The notes under the pieces were generated by a model. That model had not been told where the DNA came from and did no database searches. It saw nothing but the letters and a program-made list of their open reading frames with translations. 35,525 nucleotides of DNA from assembly GCA_043228905.1 (NCBI GenBank), contig JBHGNT010000315.1:1-35525 (forward strand), in the 5' to 3' direction. Shown piece after piece: positions 21,115 to 33,485 of the stretch. Origin of the DNA: Azolla caroliniana. Taxonomy: Eukaryota > Plantae > Polypodiophyta. How positions within the stretch are numbered: the stretch's first letter is position 1; every line of letters begins with the position of its first letter. The translations under genes were made by a program, and so were the position numbers.

Positions 21115-21900
21115 ATGGCAAAGCTTACTTCCGTATTCCTCATGGCCGTGATCATGCTCGCCGCGTGTACCGCGGCCAATGCTAGGTTTGTAGGGCGGGA
21201 CCGTGAAGAGGAGCGACGCGATCGACGTCGTGAGGGAGACATTGACGAGGAGAGGCGCGATCGACGCCGAGAGGGGGAGTGCGATGACGAGAGGCGCGAG
21301 CGACGTCGTGAGGGGTTCCTTGAGGAGGGGCGCCGCTACAGAGACAACAAGAGAGACTCCGAAGAGGAAAGGGAACGTCGTAGCCGTGGTCGCGATGAGC
21401 CACGTGACGAGGAACTGAGGCGAGAGTGCGGTGATTTCATCGACAAGCAGATCCGAGAGCTACAAGAGCGCTCCGAAAGAGAGGAAGGTGAACAAGGACG
21501 TCGCTCCCCATGGATCGAAAACACTCGATACTCAAGACCCTCGGAACGGTGCTGCAGGAACGTCGAACGAATCCCCGCCGAAGATCGATGCGATCGCCTA
21601 CGTGATGCCTTGTATGCTGACGAGGAGGAACGACGCAATGATGAAGGCCGACGCCATGGCCAACAATCAAGGGAACACCGTAGCTGGGAGGAAGAGGACG
21701 AGGAGCGCGAGAGAGATAGCAGCCGTGAGCGACGAGAGGGTGACGAACGCCGCCACCGCATGTCTCGACGACAAGAGGACGAACGTCAACAACGTCGCCA
21801 ATTCAAGGCCGATGACGAGGAAAGAGCTCTAGGCGTCGCCGCCTCCCGCCTACTCCAACAGTGCGATCTTCGCCCTCGTGCTTGTATTCGTCGCTTCTAA
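21115..21900 (+). CDS. 2S albumin-like storage protein precursor, copy 13 (S25F variant)
   Basis: C>T at 21188 (TCT>TTT); otherwise the same protein. Confidence 0.88.
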   Translation: MAKLTSVFLMAVIMLAACTAANARFVGRDREEERRDRRREGDIDEERRDRRREGECDDERRERRREGFLEEGRRYRDNKRDSEEERERRSRGRDEPRDEELRRECGDFIDKQIRELQERSEREEGEQGRRSPWIENTRYSRPSERCCRNVERIPAEDRCDRLRDALYADEEERRNDEGRRHGQQSREHRSWEEEDEERERDSSRERREGDERRHRMSRRQEDERQQRRQFKADDEERALGVAASRLLQQCDLRPRACIRRF

Positions 21901-22769
21901 ATAGTACATAAACCTTGTTCAAATTATTCTCGTGGTCTCTCTCTAATTTCTCGTAAGTGTTTACGAACAAGTGCGTCTCCCCAATCGCGCATTACACCCA
22001 CACGAACGTAAACACGAGCACCAACGTCCCTCCAACACGAACGTAAACACGAGCACCAACGCATAGAATTTGCCTATAGGGACCGCAAACCACCCAAACG
22101 GAAAAAAAAACATCAAAGCAGGACACCCATACCGCACACGCCACGGCAACGGCTAAGGCTAAGTTCAACTTGTACACGCGGCGAATGTGAACTTGCTTCC
22201 ACACTTGCCCGATAGGACACTCCTAGTGTGGTAGTCCGGTTAGCTTTCCTTGTCGTCGTCGTTACCAACCCCTCGTCCGTCCGAACGAGCGAGTACGGAC
22301 ACCGGTCTATCTACGTTCATCGATGTAGCACACTCGGGAGCCACCACTCGTCCCGCAGTAGCCTCCGCGTGCTTAGTGTCTCGGCACTAGCGCGTTCTAG
22401 TTTAATGTGCACGTGCCCGCACACCCCTACGCGCACGCGCGAGTGCGCACATTTACCTATGTATGTATAAATGTTATGTTGCTCGACAAGCTCTCGCGCG
22501 AGGAGGAGGAGTACCCGCTACAGGTTGCGCCCAGATTGTCTGGTGACAATACGACACCTAGGACTAGCCTAGACGTGTGGGAGGGTGGACTAGTTGGTAT
22601 GGGTCTTGGGCAAGAGTTGTACGCAGGACACACACGTTATGGTAATGGGAGTGGTGAGTGACATGCATGTGCTCTGATTGCATGGCCATGTGTATATATC
22701 AAAGGTGGAGGGAGCAATGTCAATACAATCCATTAGGAGACAAGCACCGGGATCATAAGGACAATCGCA

Positions 22770-23555
22770 ATGGCAAAGCTTACTTCCGTATTCCTCATGG
22801 CCGTGATCATGCTCGCCGCGTGTACCGCGGCCAATGCTAGGTCTGTAGGGCGGGACCGTGAAGAGGAGCGACGCGATCGACGTCGTGAGGGAGACATTGA
22901 CGAGGAGAGGCGCGATCGACGCCGAGAGGGGGAGTGCGATGACGAGAGGCGCGAGCGACGTCGTGAGGGGTTCCTTGAGGAGGGGCGCCGCTACAGAGAC
23001 AACAAGAGAGACTCCGAAGAGGAAAGGGAACGTCGTAGCCGTGGTCGCGATGAGCCACGTGACGAGGAACTGAGGCGAGAGTGCGGTGATTTCATCGACA
23101 AGCAGATCCGAGAGCTACAAGAGCGCTCCGAAAGAGAGGAAGGTGAACAAGGACGTCGCTCCCCATGGATCGAAAACACTCGATACTCAAGACCCTCGGA
23201 ACGGTGCTGCAGGAACGTCGAACGAATCCCCGCCGAAGATCGATGCGATCGCCTACGTGATGCCTTGTATGCTGACGAGGAGGAACGACGCAATGATGAA
23301 GGCCGACGCCATGGCCAACAATCAAGGGAACACCGTAGCTGGGAGGAAGAGGACGAGGAGCGCGAGAGAGATAGCAGCCGTGAGCGACGAGAGGGTGACG
23401 AACGCCGCCACCGCATGTCTCGACGACAAGAGGACGAACGTCAACAACGTCGCCAATTCAAGGCCGATGACGAGGAAAGAGCTCTAGGCGTCGCCGCCTC
23501 CCGCCTACTCCAACAGTGCGATCTTCGCCCTCGTGCTTGTATTCGTCGCTTCTAA
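22770..23555 (+). CDS. 2S albumin-like storage protein precursor, copy 14
   Basis: Protein identical to copy 1. Confidence 0.88.
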   Translation: MAKLTSVFLMAVIMLAACTAANARSVGRDREEERRDRRREGDIDEERRDRRREGECDDERRERRREGFLEEGRRYRDNKRDSEEERERRSRGRDEPRDEELRRECGDFIDKQIRELQERSEREEGEQGRRSPWIENTRYSRPSERCCRNVERIPAEDRCDRLRDALYADEEERRNDEGRRHGQQSREHRSWEEEDEERERDSSRERREGDERRHRMSRRQEDERQQRRQFKADDEERALGVAASRLLQQCDLRPRACIRRF

Positions 23556-24424
23556 ATAGTACATAAACCTTGTTCAAATTATTCTCGTGGTCTCTCTCTA
23601 ATTTCTCGTAAGTGTTTACGAACAAGTGCGTCTCCCCAATCGCGCATTACACCCACACGAACGTAAACACGAGCACCAACGTCCCTCCAACACGAACGTA
23701 AACACGAGCACCAACGCATAGAATTTGCCTATAGGGACCGCAAACCACCCAAACGGAAAAAAAAACATCAAAGCAGGACACCCATACCGCACACGCCACG
23801 GCAACGGCTAAGGCTAAGGTCAACTTGTACACGCGGCGAATGTGAACTTGCTTCCACACTTGCCCGATAGGACACTCCTAGTGTGGTAGTCCGGTTAGCT
23901 TTCCTTGTCGTCGTCGTTACCAACCCCTCGTCCGTCCGAACGAGCGAGTACGGACACCGGTCTATCTACGTTCATCGATGTAGCACACTCGGGAGCCACC
24001 ACTCGTCCCGCAGTAGCCTCCGCGTGCTTAGTGTCTCGGCACTAGCGCGTTCTAGTTTAATGTGCACGTGCCCGCACACCCCTACGCGCACGCGCGAGTG
24101 CGCACATTTACCTATGTATGTATAAATGTTATGTTGCTCGACAAGCTCTCGCGCGAGGAGGAGGAGTACCCGCTACAGGTTGCGCCCAGATTGTCTGGTG
24201 ACAATACGACACCTAGGACTAGCCTAGACGTGTGGGAGGGTGGACTAGTTGGTATGGGTCTTGGGCAAGAGTTGTACGCAGGACACACACGTTATGGTAA
24301 TGGGAGTGGTGAGTGACATGCATGTGCTCTGATTGCATGGCCATGTGTATATATCAAAGGTGGAGGGAGCAATGTCAATACAATCCATTAGGAGACAAGC
24401 ACCGGGATCATAAGGACAATCGCA

Positions 24425-25210
24425 ATGGCAAAGCTTACTTCCGTATTCCTCATGGCCGTGATCATGCTCGCCGCGTGTACCGCGGCCAATGCTAGGTCTG
24501 TAGGGCGGGACCGTGAAGAGGAGCGACGCGATCGACGTCGTGAGGGAGACATTGACGAGGAGAGGCGCGATCGACGCCGAGAGGGGGAGTGCGATGACGA
24601 GAGGCGCGAGCGACGTCGTGAGGGGTTCCTTGAGGAGGGGCGCCGCTACAGAGACAACAAGAGAGACTCCGAAGAGGAAAGGGAACGTCGTAGCCGTGGT
24701 CGCGATGAGCCACGTGACGAGGAACTGAGGCGAGAGTGCGGTGATTTCATCGACAAGCAGATCCGAGAGCTACAAGAGCGCTCCGAAAGAGAGGAAGGTG
24801 AACAAGGACGTCGCTCCCCATGGATCGAAAACACTCGATACTCAAGACCCTCGGAACGGTGCTGCAGGAACGTCGAACGAATCCCCGCCGAAGATCGATG
24901 CGATCGCCTACGTGATGCCTTGTATGCTGACGAGGAGGAACGACGCAATGATGAAGGCCGACGCCATGGCCAACAATCAAGGGAACACCGTAGCTGGGAG
25001 GAAGAGGACGAGGAGCGCGAGAGAGATAGCAGCCGTGAGCGACGAGAGGGTGACGAACGCCGCCACCGCATGTCTCGACGACAAGAGGACGAACGTCAAC
25101 AACGTCGCCAATTCAAGGCCGATGACGAGGAAAGAGCTCTAGGCGTCGCCGCCTCCCGCCTACTCCAACAGTGCGATCTTCGCCCTCGTGCTTGTATTCG
25201 TCGCTTCTAA
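24425..25210 (+). CDS. 2S albumin-like storage protein precursor, copy 15
   Basis: Protein identical to copy 1. Confidence 0.88.
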   Translation: MAKLTSVFLMAVIMLAACTAANARSVGRDREEERRDRRREGDIDEERRDRRREGECDDERRERRREGFLEEGRRYRDNKRDSEEERERRSRGRDEPRDEELRRECGDFIDKQIRELQERSEREEGEQGRRSPWIENTRYSRPSERCCRNVERIPAEDRCDRLRDALYADEEERRNDEGRRHGQQSREHRSWEEEDEERERDSSRERREGDERRHRMSRRQEDERQQRRQFKADDEERALGVAASRLLQQCDLRPRACIRRF

Positions 25211-26079
25211 ATAGTACATAAACCTTGTTCAAATTATTCTCGTGGTCTCTCTCTAATTTCTCGTAAGTGTTTACGAACAAGTGCGTCTCCCCAATCGCGC
25301 ATTACACCCACACGAACGTAAACACGAGCACCAACGTCCCTCCAACACGAACGTAAACACGAGCACCAACGCATAGAATTTGCCTATAGGGACCGCAAAC
25401 CACCCAAACGGAAAAAAAAACATCAAAGCAGGACACCCATACCGCACACGCCACGGCAACGGCTAAGGCTAAGGTCAACTTGTACACGCGGCGAATGTGA
25501 ACTTGCTTCCACACTTGCCCGATAGGACACTCCTAGTGTGGTAGTCCGGTTAGCTTTCCTTGTCGTCGTCGTTACCAACCCCTCGTCCGTCCGAACGAGC
25601 GAGTACGGACACCGGTCTATCTACGTTCATCGATGTAGCACACTCGGGAGCCACCACTCGTCCCGCAGTAGCCTCCGCGTGCTTAGTGTCTCGGCACTAG
25701 CGCGTTCTAGTTTAATGTGCACGTGCCCGCACACCCCTACGCGCACGCGCGAGTGCGCACATTTACCTATGTATGTATAAATGTTATGTTGCTCGACAAG
25801 CTCTCGCGCGAGGAGGAGGAGTACCCGCTACAGGTTGCGCCCAGATTGTCTGGTGACAATACGACACCTAGGACTAGCCTAGACGTGTGGGAGGGTGGAC
25901 TAGTTGGTATGGGTCTTGGGCAAGAGTTGTACGCAGGACACACACGTTATGGTAATGGGAGTGGTGAGTGACATGCATGTGCTCTGATTGCATGGCCATG
26001 TGTATATATCAAAGGTGGAGGGAGCAATGTCAATACAATCCATTAGGAGACAAGCACCGGGATCATAAGGACAATCGCA

Positions 26080-26865
26080 ATGGCAAAGCTTACTTCCGTA
26101 TTCCTCATGGCCGTGATCATGCTCGCCGCGTGTACCGCGGCCAATGCTAGGTCTGTAGGGCGGGACCGTGAAGAGGAGCGACGCGATCGACGTCGTGAGG
26201 GAGACATTGACGAGGAGAGGCGCGATCGACGCCGAGAGGGGGAGTGCGATGACGAGAGGCGCGAGCGACGTCGTGAGGGGTTCCTTGAGGAGGGGCGCCG
26301 CTACAGAGACAACAAGAGAGACTCCGAAGAGGAAAGGGAACGTCGTAGCCGTGGTCGCGATGAGCCACGTGACGAGGAACTGAGGCGAGAGTGCGGTGAT
26401 TTCATCGACAAGCAGATCCGAGATCTACAAGAGCGCTCCGAAAGAGAGGAAGGTGAACAAGGACGTCGCTCCCCATGGATCGAAAACACTCGATACTCAA
26501 GACCCTCGGAACGGTGCTGCAGGAACGTCGAACGAATCCCCGCCGAAGATCGATGCGATCGCCTACGTGATGCCTTGTATGCTGACGAGGAGGAACGACG
26601 CAATGATGAAGGCCGACGCCATGGCCAACAATCAAGGGAACACCGTAGCTGGGAGGAAGAGGACGAGGAGCGCGAGAGAGATAGCAGCCGTGAGCGACGA
26701 GAGGGTGACGAACGCCGCCACCGCATGTCTCGACGACAAGAGGACGAACGTCAACAACGTCGCCAATTCAAGGCCGATGACGAGGAAAGAGCTCTAGGCG
26801 TCGCCGCCTCCCGCCTACTCCAACAGTGCGATCTTCGCCCTCGTGCTTGTATTCGTCGCTTCTAA
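26080..26865 (+). CDS. 2S albumin-like storage protein precursor, copy 16 (E115D variant)
   Basis: G>T at 26424 (GAG>GAT). Confidence 0.88.
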   Translation: MAKLTSVFLMAVIMLAACTAANARSVGRDREEERRDRRREGDIDEERRDRRREGECDDERRERRREGFLEEGRRYRDNKRDSEEERERRSRGRDEPRDEELRRECGDFIDKQIRDLQERSEREEGEQGRRSPWIENTRYSRPSERCCRNVERIPAEDRCDRLRDALYADEEERRNDEGRRHGQQSREHRSWEEEDEERERDSSRERREGDERRHRMSRRQEDERQQRRQFKADDEERALGVAASRLLQQCDLRPRACIRRF

Positions 26866-27734
26866 ATAGTACATAAACCTTGTTCAAATTATTCTCGTGG
26901 TCTCTCTCTAATTTCTCGTAAGTGTTTACGAACAAGTGCGTCTCCCCAATCGCGCATTACACCCACACGAACGTAAACACGAGCACCAACGTCCCTCCAA
27001 CACGAACGTAAACACGAGCACCAACGCATAGAATTTGCCTATAGGGACCGCAAACCACCCAAACGGAAAAAAAAACATCAAAGCAGGACACCCATACCGC
27101 ACACGCCACGGCAACGGCTAAGGCTAAGGTCAACTTGTACACGCGGCGAATGTGAACTTGCTTCCACACTTGCCCGATAGGACACTCCTAGTGTGGTAGT
27201 CCGGTTAGCTTTCCTTGTCGTCGTCGTTACCAACCCCTCGTCCGTCCGAACGAGCGAGTACGGACACCGGTCTATCTACGTTCATCGATGTAGCACACTC
27301 GGGAGCCACCACTCGTCCCGCAGTAGCCTCCGCGTGCTTAGTGTCTCGGCACTAGCGCGTTCTAGTTTAATGTGCACGTGCCCGCACACCCCTACGCGCA
27401 CGCGCGAGTGCGCACATTTACCTATGTATGTATAAATGTTATGTTGCTCGACAAGCTCTCGCGCGAGGAGGAGGAGTACCCGCTACAGGTTGCGCCCAGA
27501 TTGTCTGGTGACAATACGACACCTAGGACTAGCCTAGACGTGTGGGAGGGTGGACTAGTTGGTATGGGTCTTGGGCAAGAGTTGTACGCAGGACACACAC
27601 GTTATGGTAATGGGAGTGGTGAGTGACATGCATGTGCTCTGATTGCATGGCCATGTGTATATATCAAAGGTGGAGGGAGCAATGTCAATACAATCCATTA
27701 GGAGACAAGCACCGGGATCATAAGGACAATCGCA

Positions 27735-28520
27735 ATGGCAAAGCTTACTTCCGTATTCCTCATGGCCGTGATCATGCTCGCCGCGTGTACCGCGGCCAAT
27801 GCTAGGTCTGTAGGGCGGGACCGTGAAGAGGAGCGACGCGATCGACGTCGTGAGGGAGACATTGACGAGGAGAGGCGCGATCGACGCCGAGAGGGGGAGT
27901 GCGATGACGAGAGGCGCGAGCGACGTCGTGAGGGGTTCCTTGAGGAGGGGCGCCGCTACAGAGACAACAAGAGAGACTCCGAAGAGGAAAGGGAACGTCG
28001 TAGCCGTGGTCGCGATGAGCCACGTGACGAGGAACTGAGGCGAGAGTGCGGTGATTTCATCGACAAGCAGATCCGAGATCTACAAGAGCGCTCCGAAAGA
28101 GAGGAAGGTGAACAAGGACGTCGCTCCCCATGGATCGAAAACACTCGATACTCAAGACCCTCGGAACGGTGCTGCAGGAACGTCGAACGAATCCCCGCCG
28201 AAGATCGATGCGATCGCCTACGTGATGCCTTGTATGCTGACGAGGAGGAACGACGCAATGATGAAGGCCGACGCCATGGCCAACAATCAAGGGAACACCG
28301 TAGCTGGGAGGAAGAGGACGAGGAGCGCGAGAGAGATAGCAGCCGTGAGCGACGAGAGGGTGACGAACGCCGCCACCGCATGTCTCGACGACAAGAGGAC
28401 GAACGTCAACAACGTCGCCAATTCAAGGCCGATGACGAGGAAAGAGCTCTAGGCGTCGCCGCCTCCCGCCTACTCCAACAGTGCGATCTTCGCCCTCGTG
28501 CTTGTATTCGTCGCTTCTAA
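27735..28520 (+). CDS. 2S albumin-like storage protein precursor, copy 17 (E115D variant)
   Basis: G>T at 28079 (GAG>GAT). Confidence 0.88.
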   Translation: MAKLTSVFLMAVIMLAACTAANARSVGRDREEERRDRRREGDIDEERRDRRREGECDDERRERRREGFLEEGRRYRDNKRDSEEERERRSRGRDEPRDEELRRECGDFIDKQIRDLQERSEREEGEQGRRSPWIENTRYSRPSERCCRNVERIPAEDRCDRLRDALYADEEERRNDEGRRHGQQSREHRSWEEEDEERERDSSRERREGDERRHRMSRRQEDERQQRRQFKADDEERALGVAASRLLQQCDLRPRACIRRF

Positions 28521-29389
28521 ATAGTACATAAACCTTGTTCAAATTATTCTCGTGGTCTCTCTCTAATTTCTCGTAAGTGTTTACGAACAAGTGCGTCTCC
28601 CCAATCGCGCATTACACCCACACGAACGTAAACACGAGCACCAACGTCCCTCCAACACGAACGTAAACACGAGCACCAACGCATAGAATTTGCCTATAGG
28701 GACCGCAAACCACCCAAACGGAAAAAAAAACATCAAAGCAGGACACCCATACCGCACACGCCACGGCAACGGCTAAGGCTAAGGTCAACTTGTACACGCG
28801 GCGAATGTGAACTTGCTTCCACACTTGCCCGATAGGACACTCCTAGTGTGGTAGTCCGGTTAGCTTTCCTTGTCGTCGTCGTTACCAACCCCTCGTCCGT
28901 CCGAACGAGCGAGTACGGACACCGGTCTATCTACGTTCATCGATGTAGCACACTCGGGAGCCACCACTCGTCCCGCAGTAGCCTCCGCGTGCTTAGTGTC
29001 TCGGCACTAGCGCGTTCTAGTTTAATGTGCACGTGCCCGCACACCCCTACGCGCACGCGCGAGTGCGCACATTTACCTATGTATGTATAAATGTTATGTT
29101 GCTCGACAAGCTCTCGCGCGAGGAGGAGGAGTACCCGCTACAGGTTGCGCCCAGATTGTCTGGTGACAATACGACACCTAGGACTAGCCTAGACGTGTGG
29201 GAGGGTGGACTAGTTGGTATGGGTCTTGGGCAAGAGTTGTACGCAGGACACACACGTTATGGTAATGGGAGTGGTGAGTGACATGCATGTGCTCTGATTG
29301 CATGGCCATGTGTATATATCAAAGGTGGAGGGAGCAATGTCAATACAATCCATTAGGAGACAAGCACCGGGATCATAAGGACAATCGCA

Positions 29390-30175
29390 ATGGCAAAGCT
29401 TACTTCCGTATTCCTCATGGCCGTGATCATGCTCGCCGCGTGTACCGCGGCCAATGCTAGGTCTGTAGGGCGGGACCGTGAAGAGGAGCGACGCGATCGA
29501 CGTCGTGAGGGAGACATTGACGAGGAGAGGCGCGATCGACGCCGAGAGGGGGAGTGCGATGACGAGAGGCGCGAGCGACGTCGTGAGGGGTTCCTTGAGG
29601 AGGGGCGCCGCTACAGAGACAACAAGAGAGACTCCGAAGAGGAAAGGGAACGTCGTAGCCGTGGTCGCGATGAGCCACGTGACGAGGAACTGAGGCGAGA
29701 GTGCGGTGATTTCATCGACAAGCAGATCCGAGAGCTACAAGAGCGCTCCGAAAGAGAGGAAGGTGAACAAGGACGTCGCTCCCCATGGATCGAAAACACT
29801 CGATACTCAAGACCCTCGGAACGGTGCTGCAGGAACGTCGAACGAATCCCCGCCGAAGATCGATGCGATCGCCTACGTGATGCCTTGTATGCTGACGAGG
29901 AGGAACGACGCAATGATGAAGGCCGACGCCATGGCCAACAATCAAGGGAACACCGTAGCTGGGAGGAAGAGGACGAGGAGCGCGAGAGAGATAGCAGCCG
30001 TGAGCGACGAGAGGGTGACGAACGCCGCCACCGCATGTCTCGACGACAAGAGGACGAACGTCAACAACGTCGCCAATTCAAGGCCGATGACGAGGAAAGA
30101 GCTCTAGGCGTCGCCGCCTCCCGCCTACTCCAACAGTGCGATCTTCGCCCTCGTGCTTGTATTCGTCGCTTCTAA
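29390..30175 (+). CDS. 2S albumin-like storage protein precursor, copy 18
   Basis: Protein identical to copy 1. Confidence 0.88.
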   Translation: MAKLTSVFLMAVIMLAACTAANARSVGRDREEERRDRRREGDIDEERRDRRREGECDDERRERRREGFLEEGRRYRDNKRDSEEERERRSRGRDEPRDEELRRECGDFIDKQIRELQERSEREEGEQGRRSPWIENTRYSRPSERCCRNVERIPAEDRCDRLRDALYADEEERRNDEGRRHGQQSREHRSWEEEDEERERDSSRERREGDERRHRMSRRQEDERQQRRQFKADDEERALGVAASRLLQQCDLRPRACIRRF

Positions 30176-31044
30176 ATAGTACATAAACCTTGTTCAAATT
30201 ATTCTCGTGGTCTCTCTCTAATTTCTCGTAAGTGTTTACGAACAAGTGCGTCTCCCCAATCGCGCATTACACCCACACGAACGTAAACACGAGCACCAAC
30301 GTCCCTCCAACACGAACGTAAACACGAGCACCAACGCATAGAATTTGCCTATAGGGACCGCAAACCACCCAAACGGAAAAAAAAACATCAAAGCAGGACA
30401 CCCATACCGCACACGCCACGGCAACGGCTAAGGCTAAGGTCAACTTGTACACGCGGCGAATGTGAACTTGCTTCCACACTTGCCCGATAGGACACTCCTA
30501 GTGTGGTAGTCCGGTTAGCTTTCCTTGTCGTCGTCGTTACCAACCCCTCGTCCGTCCGAACGAGCGAGTACGGACACCGGTCTATCTACGTTCATCGATG
30601 TAGCACACTCGGGAGCCACCACTCGTCCCGCAGTAGCCTCCGCGTGCTTAGTGTCTCGGCACTAGCGCGTTCTAGTTTAATGTGCACGTGCCCGCACACC
30701 CCTACGCGCACGCGCGAGTGCGCACATTTACCTATGTATGTATAAATGTTATGTTGCTCGACAAGCTCTCGCGCGAGGAGGAGGAGTACCCGCTACAGGT
30801 TGCGCCCAGATTGTCTGGTGACAATACGACACCTAGGACTAGCCTAGACGTGTGGGAGGGTGGACTAGTTGGTATGGGTCTTGGGCAAGAGTTGTACGCA
30901 GGACACACACGTTATGGTAATGGGAGTGGTGAGTGACATGCATGTGCTCTGATTGCATGGCCATGTGTATATATCAAAGGTGGAGGGAGCAATGTCAATA
31001 CAATCCATTAGGAGACAAGCACCGGGATCATAAGGACAATCGCA

Positions 31045-31830
31045 ATGGCAAAGCTTACTTCCGTATTCCTCATGGCCGTGATCATGCTCGCCGCGTGTAC
31101 CGCGGCCAATGCTAGGTCTGTAGGGCGGGACCGTGAAGAGGAGCGACGCGATCGACGTCGTGAGGGAGACATTGACGAGGAGAGGCGCGATCGACGCCGA
31201 GAGGGGGAGTGCGATGACGAGAGGCGCGAGCGACGTCGTGAGGGGTTCCTTGAGGAGGGGCGCCGCTACAGAGACAACAAGAGAGACTCCGAAGAGGAAA
31301 GGGAACGTCGTAGCCGTGGTCGCGATGAGCCACGTGACGAGGAACTGAGGCGAGAGTGCGGTGATTTCATCGACAAGCAGATCCGAGAGCTACAAGAGCG
31401 CTCCGAAAGAGAGGAAGGTGAACAAGGACGTCGCTCCCCATGGATCGAAAACACTCGATACTCAAGACCCTCGGAACGGTGCTGCAGGAACGTCGAACGA
31501 ATCCCCGCCGAAGATCGATGCGATCGCCTACGTGATGCCTTGTATGCTGACGAGGAGGAACGACGCAATGATGAAGGCCGACGCCATGGCCAACAATCAA
31601 GGGAACACCGTAGCTGGGAGGAAGAGGACGAGGAGCGCGAGAGAGATAGCAGCCGTGAGCGACGAGAGGGTGACGAACGCCGCCACCGCATGTCTCGACG
31701 ACAAGAGGACGAACGTCAACAACGTCGCCAATTCAAGGCCGATGACGAGGAAAGAGCTCTAGGCGTCGCCGCCTCCCGCCTACTCCAACAGTGCGATCTT
31801 CGCCCTCGTGCTTGTATTCGTCGCTTCTAA
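31045..31830 (+). CDS. 2S albumin-like storage protein precursor, copy 19
   Basis: Protein identical to copy 1. Confidence 0.88.
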   Translation: MAKLTSVFLMAVIMLAACTAANARSVGRDREEERRDRRREGDIDEERRDRRREGECDDERRERRREGFLEEGRRYRDNKRDSEEERERRSRGRDEPRDEELRRECGDFIDKQIRELQERSEREEGEQGRRSPWIENTRYSRPSERCCRNVERIPAEDRCDRLRDALYADEEERRNDEGRRHGQQSREHRSWEEEDEERERDSSRERREGDERRHRMSRRQEDERQQRRQFKADDEERALGVAASRLLQQCDLRPRACIRRF

Positions 31831-32699
31831 ATAGTACATAAACCTTGTTCAAATTATTCTCGTGGTCTCTCTCTAATTTCTCGTAAGTGTTTACGAACAA
31901 GTGCGTCTCCCCAATCGCGCATTACACCCACACGAACGTAAACACGAGCACCAACGTCCCTCCAACACGAACGTAAACACGAGCACCAACGCATAGAATT
32001 TGCCTATAGGGACCGCAAACCACCCAAACGGAAAAAAAAACATCAAAGCAGGACACCCATACCGCACACGCCACGGCAACGGCTAAGGCTAAGGTCAACT
32101 TGTACACGCGGCGAATGTGAACTTGCTTCCACACTTGCCCGATAGGACACTCCTAGTGTGGTAGTCCGGTTAGCTTTCCTTGTCGTCGTCGTTACCAACC
32201 CCTCGTCCGTCCGAACGAGCGAGTACGGACACCGGTCTATCTACGTTCATCGATGTAGCACACTCGGGAGCCACCACTCGTCCCGCAGTAGCCTCCGCGT
32301 GCTTAGTGTCTCGGCACTAGCGCGTTCTAGTTTAATGTGCACGTGCCCGCACACCCCTACGCGCACGCGCGAGTGCGCACATTTACCTATGTATGTATAA
32401 ATGTTATGTTGCTCGACAAGCTCTCGCGCGAGGAGGAGGAGTACCCGCTACAGGTTGCGCCCAGATTGTCTGGTGACAATACGACACCTAGGACTAGCCT
32501 AGACGTGTGGGAGGGTGGACTAGTTGGTATGGGTCTTGGGCAAGAGTTGTACGCAGGACACACACGTTATGGTAATGGGAGTGGTGAGTGACATGCATGT
32601 GCTCTGATTGCATGGCCATGTGTATATATCAAAGGTGGAGGGAGCAATGTCAATACAATCCATTAGGAGACAAGCACCGGGATCATAAGGACAATCGCA

Positions 32700-33485
32700 A
32701 TGGCAAAGCTTACTTCCGTATTCCTCATGGCCGTGATCATGCTCGCCGCGTGTACCGCGGCCAATGCTAGGTCTGTAGGGCGGGACCGTGAAGAGGAGCG
32801 ACGCGATCGACGTCGTGAGGGAGACATTGACGAGGAGAGGCGCGATCGACGCCGAGAGGGGGAGTGCGATGACGAGAGGCGCGAGCGACGTCGTGAGGGG
32901 TTCCTTGAGGAGGGGCGCCGCTACAGAGACAACAAGAGAGACTCCGAAGAGGAAAGGGAACGTCGTAGCCGTGGTCGCGATGAGCCACGTGACGAGGAAC
33001 TGAGGCGAGAGTGCGGTGATTTCATCGACAAGCAGATCCGAGAGCTACAAGAGCGCTCCGAAAGAGAGGAAGGTGAACAAGGACGTCGCTCCCCATGGAT
33101 CGAAAACACTCGATACTCAAGACCCTCGGAACGGTGCTGCAGGAACGTCGAACGAATCCCCGCCGAAGATCGATGCGATCGCCTACGTGATGCCTTGTAT
33201 GCTGACGAGGAGGAACGACGCAATGATGAAGGCCGACGCCATGGCCAACAATCAAGGGAACACCGTAGCTGGGAGGAAGAGGACGAGGAGCGCGAGAGAG
33301 ATAGCAGCCGTGAGCGACGAGAGGGTGACGAACGCCGCCACCGCATGTCTCGACGACAAGAGGACGAACGTCAACAACGTCGCCAATTCAAGGCCGATGA
33401 CGAGGAAAGAGCTCTAGGCGTCGCCGCCTCCCGCCTACTCCAACAGTGCGATCTTCGCCCTCGTGCTTGTATTCGTCGCTTCTAA
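32700..33485 (+). CDS. 2S albumin-like storage protein precursor, copy 20
   Basis: Protein identical to copy 1. Confidence 0.88.
   Translation: MAKLTSVFLMAVIMLAACTAANARSVGRDREEERRDRRREGDIDEERRDRRREGECDDERRERRREGFLEEGRRYRDNKRDSEEERERRSRGRDEPRDEELRRECGDFIDKQIRELQERSEREEGEQGRRSPWIENTRYSRPSERCCRNVERIPAEDRCDRLRDALYADEEERRNDEGRRHGQQSREHRSWEEEDEERERDSSRERREGDERRHRMSRRQEDERQQRRQFKADDEERALGVAASRLLQQCDLRPRACIRRF

Noticed and set aside
21003-21185. 60-aa ORF appearing only in copies 13-21
   Set aside because: By-product of the T>C change removing a TAA; it starts at GTG upstream of the putative TATA box, so it is unlikely to be in the mRNA
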